DNA of 64,000 nucleotides from an uncultured Phycisphaerae bacterium (GTDB taxonomy: Bacteria > Planctomycetota > Phycisphaerae > UBA1845 > PWPN01), in the NCBI GenBank assembly GCA_938005315.1, contig CALLOB010000020.1, positions 275-64,274 of the forward strand, written 5' to 3'. Shown one piece after another: positions 9,755-18,500 of the stretch. The stretch's first letter is position 1; each line of letters starts with the position of its first letter. The translations under genes were made by a program, and so were the position numbers. The notes beneath the pieces were generated by a model, which was not told the DNA's origin, ran no database searches, and worked only from the letters and a program-made list of their open reading frames with translations.

Positions 9755-11050
9755 GTGGCCGAAGATGGTCGGCACCGGCCTGAGCCGCTGGATGCCCAGC
9801 GACGGCGGCTGTTCGAGGAACACCAGCAACTCGTGGAACTTCACCTGCGGCGGCGTCTGAGGCCGGGCGGCGCGCGGCGTTGCGGGCGGGAGCACGACGA
9901 TCTGCGGCAGGTGGGCCTGCTGGCGCTGTTGACGGCGGTGCGGACCTGGAATCCGCGGCGGTGTCCGGCGTTTGCGCCTTACGCCCTGTTGCGCATCAAG
10001 TCGGCGGTCAACCGGGTTCTGCTGGAGGAGGCCTGTCTGATTCGCGTTCCATCGCGGGCCCGGCGTCAGGCCCGCGCGGCGGCCGGTGGTGGCGCAACGC
10101 ATGGGCCGGGGACGCGTGCGTTTCCGGTGCCGCACGTGGGGACGCTGAGAGGGCTGGAGGATCGGCTGGCCGACGCGTCGGTTCATGTCGACCGGCCTCA
10201 CAGCGACGGGGAGGATGAGGCAGGAATCGTGATCGCGGTCGCCGGGGCGGACGACGTGCCGGGCGTGTTTTGCGGCGGGGCAGGAGGCGAGGCGCGGCCA
10301 GGTGGGTCAGTCATGGGATGGACGGGAGAAGTCCCGGGCGCGTTGAGCTTCTCCGGGCCGGTTGGGGCCGCCGCGCACCTGCGTTCGCGCGGCCCGGCCG
10401 GAGCGGATGGTCCGATTCACTGCGGGCTCGGCCCGGAGGCGGACCCGAGCGTGCGGAGCCTGCTGCACCGGCGGTACGTGCGGGCGGTGGCCCGGGCGGT
10501 GGACCTTTTGGGCGATCGTCCGTGGCGGGCGCGGAATCCCGCGGCCGTCCTGCGGCGGTTGGCAGTCGAGCGGCTGCTGATCGGACGGGAGGGCCACCGA
10601 ACGCCGCTGCGCCGGATCGCGGCCGAATCCGGGCTGGCGCCGAGTCAAACGCTGCGTTATGCACGGGCTCTTGAGGAGGAGGTCCGGCGGCAGTTCAGGG
10701 ATGACGTGCAGGTACCCTTGCTGCTGGCGCTGGCACGCCGGGGAAAGGAGGGTTTCGATGCCCGGGTGGATGCCGGGCAGCGGCAGTCGCTGCAGGAGGC
10801 CGAGTGGGCCGCTTTGCGGGCGCGTTTCGCGGCCATGGATCGGCCGGCGCAGGTCGAAGCGCTTTGTCGGCTGATCCGGCTGGCCGGCGGCGATGTGGCG
10901 GCGGTGGCGGCCGAGTTGCAGCAGGCAATGGAGGCGATCTGGAGGGACGGTCGGACGCTGTCGGGCGCGGTGATCCCGGGTCGTGTTTCGCCCGATATTT
11001 CGCCGATCCAGGCCGGCGGTTCGATCAGCCCGCCGGTCACGGCGGCCTGA
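9755..11050 (+). CDS. Atypical sigma-70 family factor-like protein (start uncertain)
   Basis: Distal part of ORF 8423..11050. DDLRQVGLLALLTAVRTWNPRRCPAFAPYALLRIKSAVNRVL resembles sigma region 2.1-2.3. TPLRRIAAESGLAPSQTLRYARALEEEV resembles a region-4 HTH. Codon usage is G/T-ending biased compared with neighbouring genes. GTG at 9755 is the first plausible in-frame start. Upstream of it the frame looks non-coding. Confidence 0.5.
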   Translation: MAEDGRHRPEPLDAQRRRLFEEHQQLVELHLRRRLRPGGARRCGREHDDLRQVGLLALLTAVRTWNPRRCPAFAPYALLRIKSAVNRVLLEEACLIRVPSRARRQARAAAGGGATHGPGTRAFPVPHVGTLRGLEDRLADASVHVDRPHSDGEDEAGIVIAVAGADDVPGVFCGGAGGEARPGGSVMGWTGEVPGALSFSGPVGAAAHLRSRGPAGADGPIHCGLGPEADPSVRSLLHRRYVRAVARAVDLLGDRPWRARNPAAVLRRLAVERLLIGREGHRTPLRRIAAESGLAPSQTLRYARALEEEVRRQFRDDVQVPLLLALARRGKEGFDARVDAGQRQSLQEAEWAALRARFAAMDRPAQVEALCRLIRLAGGDVAAVAAELQQAMEAIWRDGRTLSGAVIPGRVSPDISPIQAGGSISPPVTAA

Positions 11051-11478
11051 TCGCCGAGGTGAAGCATCGGCCAGCGTTCTTCACTCGGTCGTGCGCCCGC
11101 TTGGTCCGGCGGCCGCGCCGATGCGAACGCGATGAGGTTCAGACCGGACCGTGCCCGGTGGGTCCGGCTCCGGCGGTCCCGGCGCCGGAGATCTGGCCGC
11201 ACGCATCCTGTGGCAGGGTCTGCGCCCGCCCCTGGCGGTCCCGGCGCCGGAACCTCCGGTGGCCGATCCTTCCGGACGCGGGGCAGGGGACGCGGGGTAC
11301 CGCGCAACCACCGGCCACCCGCGGCGGGCCGCCCGGGTGCTGGGCCGGGCGCAACGTAGTCAGCGATGGTCGACGCCGAGCGCCGCCGGGGCCGACCGAG
11401 AGCGGGGGCGGGCTTTTTTAGACGGGCGCGCCGGTCGGCGGTGCACGGGCGGCATGGGCAATCCGCAGACGGTCGGGT

Positions 11479-12024
11479 CTACATCTCGATGCCGATGCGG
11501 GCGGGGATGCCCTGGCGGAAGTAGTGTTTGACCTCGCACATGTCCGTCACCAGATCGGCGCGGGCGACGATGCGGGGATCGGCTCCGCGTCCGGTCAGGA
11601 CGAGTTCGAGATGCTCGGGCCTGGCCTCGATCAGGTCCAGCAGCCAGTCGACGTCGATCAGCCCCATGGCCGTGCCGATGTTGGCCTCATCGAGCACGAC
11701 CACGTCGTATTCGCCGCCGTGCACCGCGGCATGCACCTCGCCCAGGCCCGCGGCCGCCAGGGCGGAGTCCTGGCGGGTCGGCGCGCCGGCGATGAAGCGG
11801 GGCAGGCCGAACTGCCTGATGGTGACGCGGTCCGCCAGGCGAGCCAGGGCGTGCAGTTCGCTGCTGCAGCTGCCCTTGGCGAACTGGGCGACGAACACGC
11901 GCAGGCCGGCGCCGGCGGCCCGCAGCACCAGCCCCAGGGCCGCGGTGGTCTTGCCCTTGCCGTTGCCGGTGTAGACGTGCACGTATCCGCGTCGCACGCA
12001 CCTGCCCTGATCTGAGGTCTCCAT
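11479..12024 (-). CDS. cobO: Cob(I)yrinic acid a,c-diamide / cob(I)alamin adenosyltransferase
   Basis: Internal ATG at 12024 with GGAG 6 nt upstream. GYVHVYTGNGKGKTTAALGLVLRAAGAGLRVFVAQFAKG (P-loop) and DVVVLDE are CobO/BtuR hallmarks. Confidence 0.9.
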   Translation of the reverse strand: METSDQGRCVRRGYVHVYTGNGKGKTTAALGLVLRAAGAGLRVFVAQFAKGSCSSELHALARLADRVTIRQFGLPRFIAGAPTRQDSALAAAGLGEVHAAVHGGEYDVVVLDEANIGTAMGLIDVDWLLDLIEARPEHLELVLTGRGADPRIVARADLVTDMCEVKHYFRQGIPARIGIEM

Positions 12025-12049
12025 GTTTCGCTCCGGCCGGGACCGGCTC

Positions 12050-12862
12050 TCATTCGAGGTCGTACAGGCTGTTGTCCGGCGACAGAAAGCCGGTAGGCAC
12101 CGATCCGTGGGGCTTGATGTTGCCCTTGTCGAACTCATAGGTCTCGTCGAACCGCCGACTCCACGGTTCGCCGTGGCCGTCGGCAAAGGTCACATTGGTA
12201 CGCAGGAGATGGCGATAGCCCTGGGTGCCGGCCGATCGGCCCGAGAAGGACGCGTCGCGGCCGCGGAACGGCGAGCGCATGAACTTGTTGGCGCCGGCGA
12301 CGTATTCCCCGTCTCCGAAGAGGGCACAGCCGGCGGGCCGGCGGACGTCATCCGGTCGGGCGGGGTCGGCATCGGCGATGAGTCGGCCGGTCGGTCTGGG
12401 CGGCCAGCCGGTCAACTCGGCGCGATACAGGCAATAGCCCACGTAGCTGCTGTTGTAGTTGTATCCCGTGAAAGGGTAGTCGACCCAGTTGTCGCCGCCT
12501 TCGTACTTGGGGCACTGATTGATCTGGGCGATGGTCTTGCCCTGCCAGAGCAGACCGGGCTGAACGGTGGAGACACGTCTGCCGCCCTCCCAGCGGTGGC
12601 GGACCAGAAGATCCCAGGCGCAGGACACCATGCCGTCGGGGGAGCCGTACAGGTAGGGAGGGAATCGTCGCTGGGCGGCGGCATAGCCATGGGCCGCGAT
12701 GGCCATCTGTCGGAGGTTGCTCAGGCACTGGGCGCCGCGGGAGAGCTCCCGGGCCCGTACGAGCGAAGGCACGAGGATCGCCAGGAGCAGAGCCAGAACC
12801 GCCGCCACCACCAGCACTTCCAGCAGCGTCCAACCCTTCCTGCAGGGGCCTGCCGGGGCCAT
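12050..12862 (-). CDS. DUF1559 / H-X9-DG prepilin-type N-terminal cleavage-methylation domain protein
   Basis: Start at 12862 with GGAG upstream. KGWTLLEVLVVAAVLALLLAILVPSL is a type IV pilin-like leader plus helix. The C-terminal HLLRTNVTFADGH fits the H-X9-DG motif. Confidence 0.85.
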   Translation of the reverse strand: MAPAGPCRKGWTLLEVLVVAAVLALLLAILVPSLVRARELSRGAQCLSNLRQMAIAAHGYAAAQRRFPPYLYGSPDGMVSCAWDLLVRHRWEGGRRVSTVQPGLLWQGKTIAQINQCPKYEGGDNWVDYPFTGYNYNSSYVGYCLYRAELTGWPPRPTGRLIADADPARPDDVRRPAGCALFGDGEYVAGANKFMRSPFRGRDASFSGRSAGTQGYRHLLRTNVTFADGHGEPWSRRFDETYEFDKGNIKPHGSVPTGFLSPDNSLYDLE

Positions 12863-12878
12863 GGGCGTGCTCCAGGAG

Positions 12879-13961
12879 TCAGCGCTTGCAATCGGGATCG
12901 ACCGGCACATCGGGGCCGCCGAAACACCTCTGAAGGATGGCGAAATCGGACTGATCCACGTCGCCGTCCTGATCCAGGTCCGTGCGCAGGCACTCCGGCG
13001 CCGGCGGGCCCATGGCCGGGCCGGTGGCACAGTTTTCAAAAACCGCGATGTCGTCGACGTCCACGTCCGTATCGCAGTCGAAGTCGGGCGCCGGGGCGTC
13101 CGGGTCGACATCGGCCACGGCATCGATTTCCGGCGTCATGCCGCTGCCCGCGGGGTTGCTGATGCGGATGAAGCGGAACCAGGGCAGGTTCACGTCGTCC
13201 AGATCGAATCCCGTGCCGCCGGCGCAATAACCGTACTTCGCGGCGTATTCGGCCACGGTCCGTCCGACGAAGCTTGCGGGCGAGAGGGCGGGATTGAACG
13301 GGATCAACGGGTGCGTCGGCGCTCCCCACCAGCCGTTGTGGGGCGGCTGCGACGGGGCGTTGGCGGGATCGTAAATCCGGCCCAGCGTGGGGGCGAACAT
13401 GTCGGCGCCCTGCGGGGGCGCAAAGGTCCGCCAATCGGTCAGCTCCGGATGGGCCGGATCGTGGTATTGGGCGACGGAGACGATGCCGGGCTCCGACCAG
13501 ACCGTGGCGGTCTGGATGACGGCGGCGTTCGGATCGCCGTTGGTCCACATGACGCCGCCGCCGGTCGTCTGAAAAGCGTTGCCGTAGACGATGAAGTCGA
13601 TTCCGCAGGGGTTGCGGGGATCGTTGACCACCGGATGGTCGAAGGCCAGGATCAGGTGGCCGCCTTCGCCGATCGAGACCAGCTCGAACATCCGGAAGGC
13701 CGGATAGACGGGCAGGACCGCGACCGGCTCGCCGACCGGGATGCTCCAGTTGTCTCCGGTGGTGTCGATGGTGGGACGCCCCAGTGCCGCCAGCGGCTGA
13801 TTGAACGGCGCCTGCAGGATCCAGTCCGTGGGTACCGGGCCTCCCTGAACGTACTCGACGACTTCCGTGGCGAAATCGGACGGGTTCTCGCTGAATTCGT
13901 AACCGGGACTGACCGTCGTCACGATCATGACGATGGCCGCGGGGCCAAGGGATCTGCTCAT
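12879..13961 (-). CDS. Secreted protein of unknown function with C-terminal double dockerin/EF-hand-like Cys-containing module
   Basis: Start at 13961 with GGAGCAGGA upstream. Hydrophobic N-terminus MSRSLGPAAIVMIVTTV. C-terminus DFDCDTDVDVDDIAVFENCATGP...DLDQDGDVDQSDFAILQRCFGGP. Confidence 0.7.
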   Translation of the reverse strand: MSRSLGPAAIVMIVTTVSPGYEFSENPSDFATEVVEYVQGGPVPTDWILQAPFNQPLAALGRPTIDTTGDNWSIPVGEPVAVLPVYPAFRMFELVSIGEGGHLILAFDHPVVNDPRNPCGIDFIVYGNAFQTTGGGVMWTNGDPNAAVIQTATVWSEPGIVSVAQYHDPAHPELTDWRTFAPPQGADMFAPTLGRIYDPANAPSQPPHNGWWGAPTHPLIPFNPALSPASFVGRTVAEYAAKYGYCAGGTGFDLDDVNLPWFRFIRISNPAGSGMTPEIDAVADVDPDAPAPDFDCDTDVDVDDIAVFENCATGPAMGPPAPECLRTDLDQDGDVDQSDFAILQRCFGGPDVPVDPDCKR

Positions 13962-14079
13962 GGTTTCCTGCTCCGATAAAGCCTCTTGCCTGTCAGCGAC
14001 ACGAGCAGCGCCGGGGCGGAGGTCCGTGCCCGGAAAGCCCGGACACGGACCCGGCCGTCCACGGTGCTTTTTCTTTCTT

Positions 14080-14721
14080 TCAGCTGCGGCGACGGCGCAG
14101 CCCCGGCAGGCCGGCGGCCAGCAGCAGGACCGCCGTCGGCTCGGGAATCGCAAAGGGCACATTGAGCGGATAATCGTCGATGCTCGTGCCCGGCGGATAC
14201 GACCCGAACCACAGAATGGCGTTGATCCCCTCGAGGTGCCCGTTCTGGAGCAGCTTCTGGTTATAACCTGCCTGGTTGGCGTCCCAGTCGCCCAGTTTCG
14301 TCCAGTTGGAGTTCATGGGGCCCCACCGGGCATAGGGATTATCCGTGCTGCCCAGATTCCAGCTGCCTGGTTCGATGTGCAGGTGGCTGTCGTTGCCGTC
14401 GAAATAGGCGATGTTGACGAGGAAGGCCCCGCCGTAGGCGGACGTCACGGTGAACACGCCGGCGTTGTGGAAGGCATCGAGCATATCCGACTCGTATGCG
14501 GTGCCGTCCCAGCGGTAGCCGAAGGCATGCGATTCGGTGTGATACGGGCCGCCCATGAAGTTCCAGTCCACCACCAGGATGGTTTCGTTGGCCCCGCTGC
14601 CGGCCCAGGCATCCACTTCGATCCAGGCGTTCTGGCCCGAAGCGCTCTGGAAATAGTACGGTGCCGCGGTGACGGGAGCTGCAGCACACAACACAACCAA
14701 CACCCAAAGCTTTCTTTCCAT
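14080..14721 (-). CDS. PEP-CTERM sorting-domain secreted protein
   Basis: GAGGAG RBS upstream. Signal peptide MERKLWVLVVLCAAAPVTAA. The C-terminal IPEPTAVLLLAAGLPGLRRRRS has the full PEP motif, TM helix and Arg cluster. Confidence 0.8.
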   Translation of the reverse strand: MERKLWVLVVLCAAAPVTAAPYYFQSASGQNAWIEVDAWAGSGANETILVVDWNFMGGPYHTESHAFGYRWDGTAYESDMLDAFHNAGVFTVTSAYGGAFLVNIAYFDGNDSHLHIEPGSWNLGSTDNPYARWGPMNSNWTKLGDWDANQAGYNQKLLQNGHLEGINAILWFGSYPPGTSIDDYPLNVPFAIPEPTAVLLLAAGLPGLRRRRS

Positions 14722-14805
14722 TGCCTTCTCCTCATCCAGGATCGCCGACAGGACCGGCCGACCACCGGCCCGCCCTGCGCGGTCAAGCCATCGCTTTTCC
14801 TGGCT

Positions 14806-14898
14806 TCACGTGTTGCCCGGAGATGTCTTCTTCGGAACGATCAGGCACACCGCCAAGGCGACCGCCGGACCTGCGATGAGCCGGATGTAACGAACCAT
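14806..14898 (-). CDS. Possible 30-aa small membrane peptide in the riboswitch-operon leader
   Basis: My translation: MVRYIRLIAGPAVALAVCLIVPKKTSPGNT. GGGGAGAAGG lies about 10 nt upstream. It is too short for the ORF track and there is no homology evidence. Confidence 0.2.
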   Translation of the reverse strand: MVRYIRLIAGPAVALAVCLIVPKKTSPGNT

Positions 14899-14940
14899 CT
14901 GAAAGCCGCCTTCTCCCCGAGACGCGCGGGGAATCCCCCC

Positions 14941-14962
14941 GGGCTTCGTCGAAGCCCTTTTT
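14941..14962 (+). terminator. Intrinsic-terminator-like hairpin on the plus strand (GGGCTTC-GTC-GAAGCCC followed by TTTTT)
   Basis: Perfect 7-bp GC-rich stem and T5 tract read directly from the sequence. There is no credible plus-strand CDS upstream. On the minus strand the hairpin is followed by a G-run, not a U-run. Confidence 0.35.
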
Positions 14963-15149
14963 CAGTCCTCACGTTCGAGGTTCGCCGAGACTGTCAATGG
15001 CCGCCCAGGCGGTCGCGGCCACGGCCCGGTGTCCCGATCGCGGGGACACGACGCGGTCCGGCGCATCGTGGTCAAGGCAAGGTGGGCCAGCCGATAACAC
15101 TGAAAAAGGGGGCACAACCTTGCGGTCCCTGAATGCGCGAGGACCATCA

Positions 15150-15370
15150 GGTTTCGACAGGCAGGTCTTCCGGCTCAGGGCTAGTGTCCCGCTCGCCTTC
15201 CCACCAGTGCCCGTTGCGGGCCCGGCAGTGGCTCATCGTCAGCAGGACGCCGGCGGGCATGGCTCGGCATCGAGCTTCCTGCCCGCCGCCCTTCACGGCG
15301 GCGCGTCCGCGGTGGGATTCCCCGCTCCTCCAGTGAACGGGGGCACCACACTTCCCTTTTCACCCGGCGT
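15150..15370 (-). promoter_or_regulatory. Cobalamin (B12) riboswitch
   Basis: The minus strand shows the conserved blocks in canonical order. AAAAGGGAAGTGTGGTG (15344-15360), GGGGAATCCCACC, GCCACTG (15226-15232), GGGAAGGC (15195-15202) and the B12 box AGCCGGAAGACCTGCC (15160-15175). Confidence 0.8.
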
Positions 15371-15414
15371 GTCGGCGACCACCGCCGACGAGGCCGGGCA
15401 CCTGTCCGGGCGGC

Positions 15415-15443
15415 AATATATCCTGCCGTTGGTCGCGTGTCAA
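15415..15443 (-). promoter_or_regulatory. Sigma-70-type promoter for the riboswitch leader
   Basis: Minus strand: TTGACA (15438-15443), exact 17-nt spacer, TATATT (15415-15420). It lies about 45 nt upstream of the riboswitch 5' block. Confidence 0.5.
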
Positions 15444-15583
15444 TCGCCGTTTTTGCCGTGTTGAATTTTTTCAGATGACGCGCTCATGACGGGTCATCGC
15501 GGAAGGCCGTGAAGGCCGGGCAGGTGCTCTGAGCGCATCGGTGTTGTGGCACGCGACACAGGAGCAGGGGCTGCCTGTGCCGG

Positions 15584-18500
15584 TCACGGCGAGGCCGACT
15601 GCAGCAGTGTCACCGGGCCGAGCAGGCCGGAGTCCATCAGCGGAGAATCGGCGGTCAGTTTGCGGATGTTGGTGCGCGTGAACCGCTGTGCGGGCTCCAG
15701 GGCGGCGTCGCCGATCACGCGGTTGGCCCAGCAGTTGACGACCTCGATCCGCAGGCGATTCCCGGTACGTTGGACGGCGTCGGTGATCTCCACGCGCAGG
15801 GGCCAAGCCCACAGCACGCCGAGGTCGTGACCGTTGAGGGTGACGGCCGCGAGCTGCCGGACGTTGCCCAGGTCGAGGTACAGGCGGGACCCGGGCGCGG
15901 CGGCGCCGTCGGGCAGATCGAAGGTCTTCTCGTAGAAGGCCGTGCCGGAGTAGAAGCGGATGCCGGGCTCGAGCCTGCAGGTCCAGTTGACCAGCGAAGG
16001 GAACTCGACGGACTCGGGCCCGCCCCACGCGGGATCGAATCGCACCGTCCAGGGACCGGTGGGCTCGGCGACCTTCGAGAGCCGGGGGAAGTTGCCGTTC
16101 GCGGCCGCGGGCGGCGGCGATGCGGCGGGTTCACGAAACAGGATGAACCACGAGCCGCAGGGGGCGAACTCCAGCGGCACGCGTGTCCGTCCGCCCTGGC
16201 AGGACCAGGCCGTCAGCCTGCGACGGTCGCCGGTGACGGCATCCCAGAGTTCCGGGGCTTTACCGCTGACGCGGAAGAGGACGTCGGCGGCCAGGGGCTG
16301 CTCGGTGAGGTTGACGACGAAATAGATCTCGACCTCACCGTCGCGGCGGTGGATGTAGTCCAGTACCGTCGTGCCAGGATCGGCGGGCCGGGTGGCGGCG
16401 CCGGCGGCGGTGACGACGTACTCGAGATCCGGGAGCACGCCGTCGTCCAGCAGCACCTGCCGGGCCGGCCGGCCGCTGATCACCCGTCCCCGGCCGACGG
16501 AGGCCTCCGGGCGGCCGTCGGGCCACAGCTCGTCGGCCAGTCGGGCGACGCGGGCGTCGCAGGCCGGGTAGTCCTGCAGGCCGGTGGCCGTGCGGGGCCT
16601 GGGGCCGACGACCGTCGCCCCGGCGTGGACCAGTTCCCTGATCTTCTCGAGCACCGGAAGCGAGATCGCCTCGCGCGGCGGCAGCACCAGCAGTGCGTAG
16701 CTCATGCCGTCCGGCAGCACGATCCGGCGGTCGCGCACGCTCATGCGGGTGAGCACGACCTCTTCGGTGGCCACGTCGTAGTCGAAGCCGGGCAGCACGC
16801 CGGCCGGATCGGAGGCCTTGAGCCGGGCGAAGTTGGGCACGTGATCGCCGTAGTAGAAGACCGCGTCGGCCACGAAGAGGCCCTGCTGGAGGAGGAAGTG
16901 GCAGCGGTTCAGATAGCTCATGAACGGGCCGGAGCGGTTCCACCAGGTCGTTCCGGGGTCGATGTGGGTGCCGGCGAAGTACTGCTGGCCCGGCAGGCCC
17001 ATCTCGACCGGCGAGCAGGTGAAGGCGTGCCAGACGAGCAGATTGAGGCCCTCGCAGCAGGCCCGGTCGAACGAGGGCTTGAGGTTGTCGCCGAGCGTTT
17101 CCTGCCAGTGGGGGCCGATGTTGGTGAAGCCTTCGGCCAGGACGAGCCGGCGGCCGCAGGTGTGGGCGGCCGAGGCCGGCTGCTTGACGAAGAAGCGATC
17201 CTCGTCGGTGACCCGATGTCGCCACGAGCGCGACCAGAACTCCGACATCGGGGCGTCGTTGAGGCCGAGGCAGCGCAGCGAATCGACGGGCACGGCATGC
17301 GGCCCGCCGGATTCCGGGTGGATGCGCAGGCCGCGGCGGTGGGCGTACTCGCGGAACAGCCGGAAATGGTTGTCGACGGCCAGGTCGCCCATGGTTTTGC
17401 GGAAATCGTAGAGGAAGCGGTTGGTGATCTGGCGGCTGTCGACGATGCGGCCGGCGATCGCGGGCAGGAACGGCAGCAGGTCGTATCCCCGGCGCCGGCG
17501 GAATTCCTCGCGCAGGGTGGGCGTCCAGTTGGCGGCCTCGATCTCCCAGCTGTCGGTGTGCAGGTAGACGAGCGTCTCGCCGGCCAGGGGGCCGGCGTCG
17601 GCGATGAGCGGCTCGACGACCTGTTTCCAGTAGCTGCGGAACGTTTCGGCGTCGAAGGGGTCGATCGCGTAGCCGTCCCAGCCTTCGCTGTTGGTGTTCA
17701 CCCGGCAGTGGCGGTTCAGCGTGCAGCCGAATCGCAGGATTTCCCAGTCGCCCTCGGGCACGTCCCACCGGAGCGTGCCGTCGCGCTCCATGCGGCCGGT
17801 GAGGTCGATCAGGCGGCCGGAGTGCAGGTGTTCCTCGCCGGGAACGCCCGGGGCCTCGTCGAACAGCGGCGAGGTGTCCGGCGCCGACCGCCCGAGGACC
17901 CGGTCGAGGGTCTTGTACTCGAAGTTCCGGATGCGGTGGGCGGCTTCGCGGCGCGGCCAGGAGCCGTCGGGCCCGTGCAGAGCGATCTCGACGATCTGGA
18001 CGTTGCGCGGCGCGCCCCCTTGCGCGTCGCAAGCCTCGAGGATCCGCAGGCGGAAGGTTCGGGCCCGGGTCTCGTCGAAGCGGACGGAGTTCTCGCCATT
18101 TTCCGGGCATGCGAAGGTGCTCAGAAGCCGCCACGCCCGGCCGTCGTCGGAGGCCTCCAGTTCGCACCGGCGCGGACCGTATCCCGGCCGGCCGGTGAGG
18201 GTCAGGCCGTGCACGGCCACGGGCCTGTCGAAGCGGAACTGGATCCACTCGGGGCGCTCGCGCGAGGGGCCGTCTCCGGGACTGGTGCCGCCGGACGCCC
18301 AGAAGGTCTCGGGCCTGCCGTCGACGGCGTCGGCGGCCACGTGCACGGGCTGCTGGGAGCCGGCGGTGACTTCCAGGGTCGCGTCGCCGTCGTGGTCCGG
18401 GCGGACCGGGTAGGCGACGACCGCGATGTCGCGGTAGAAGGCCGGCTCGTGCTGCGGCTCGGGCAGGATTGCACGCGCGGGGCCGGGCCCCCGGACGCGT

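Noticed and set aside
14962-15147. 61-aa minus-strand ORF starting right after the B12 box.
   Set aside because: No Shine-Dalgarno, no recognisable features, and it spans the putative terminator/T-run of the expression platform. It is probably leader RNA, not coding, though a leader peptide cannot be excluded.
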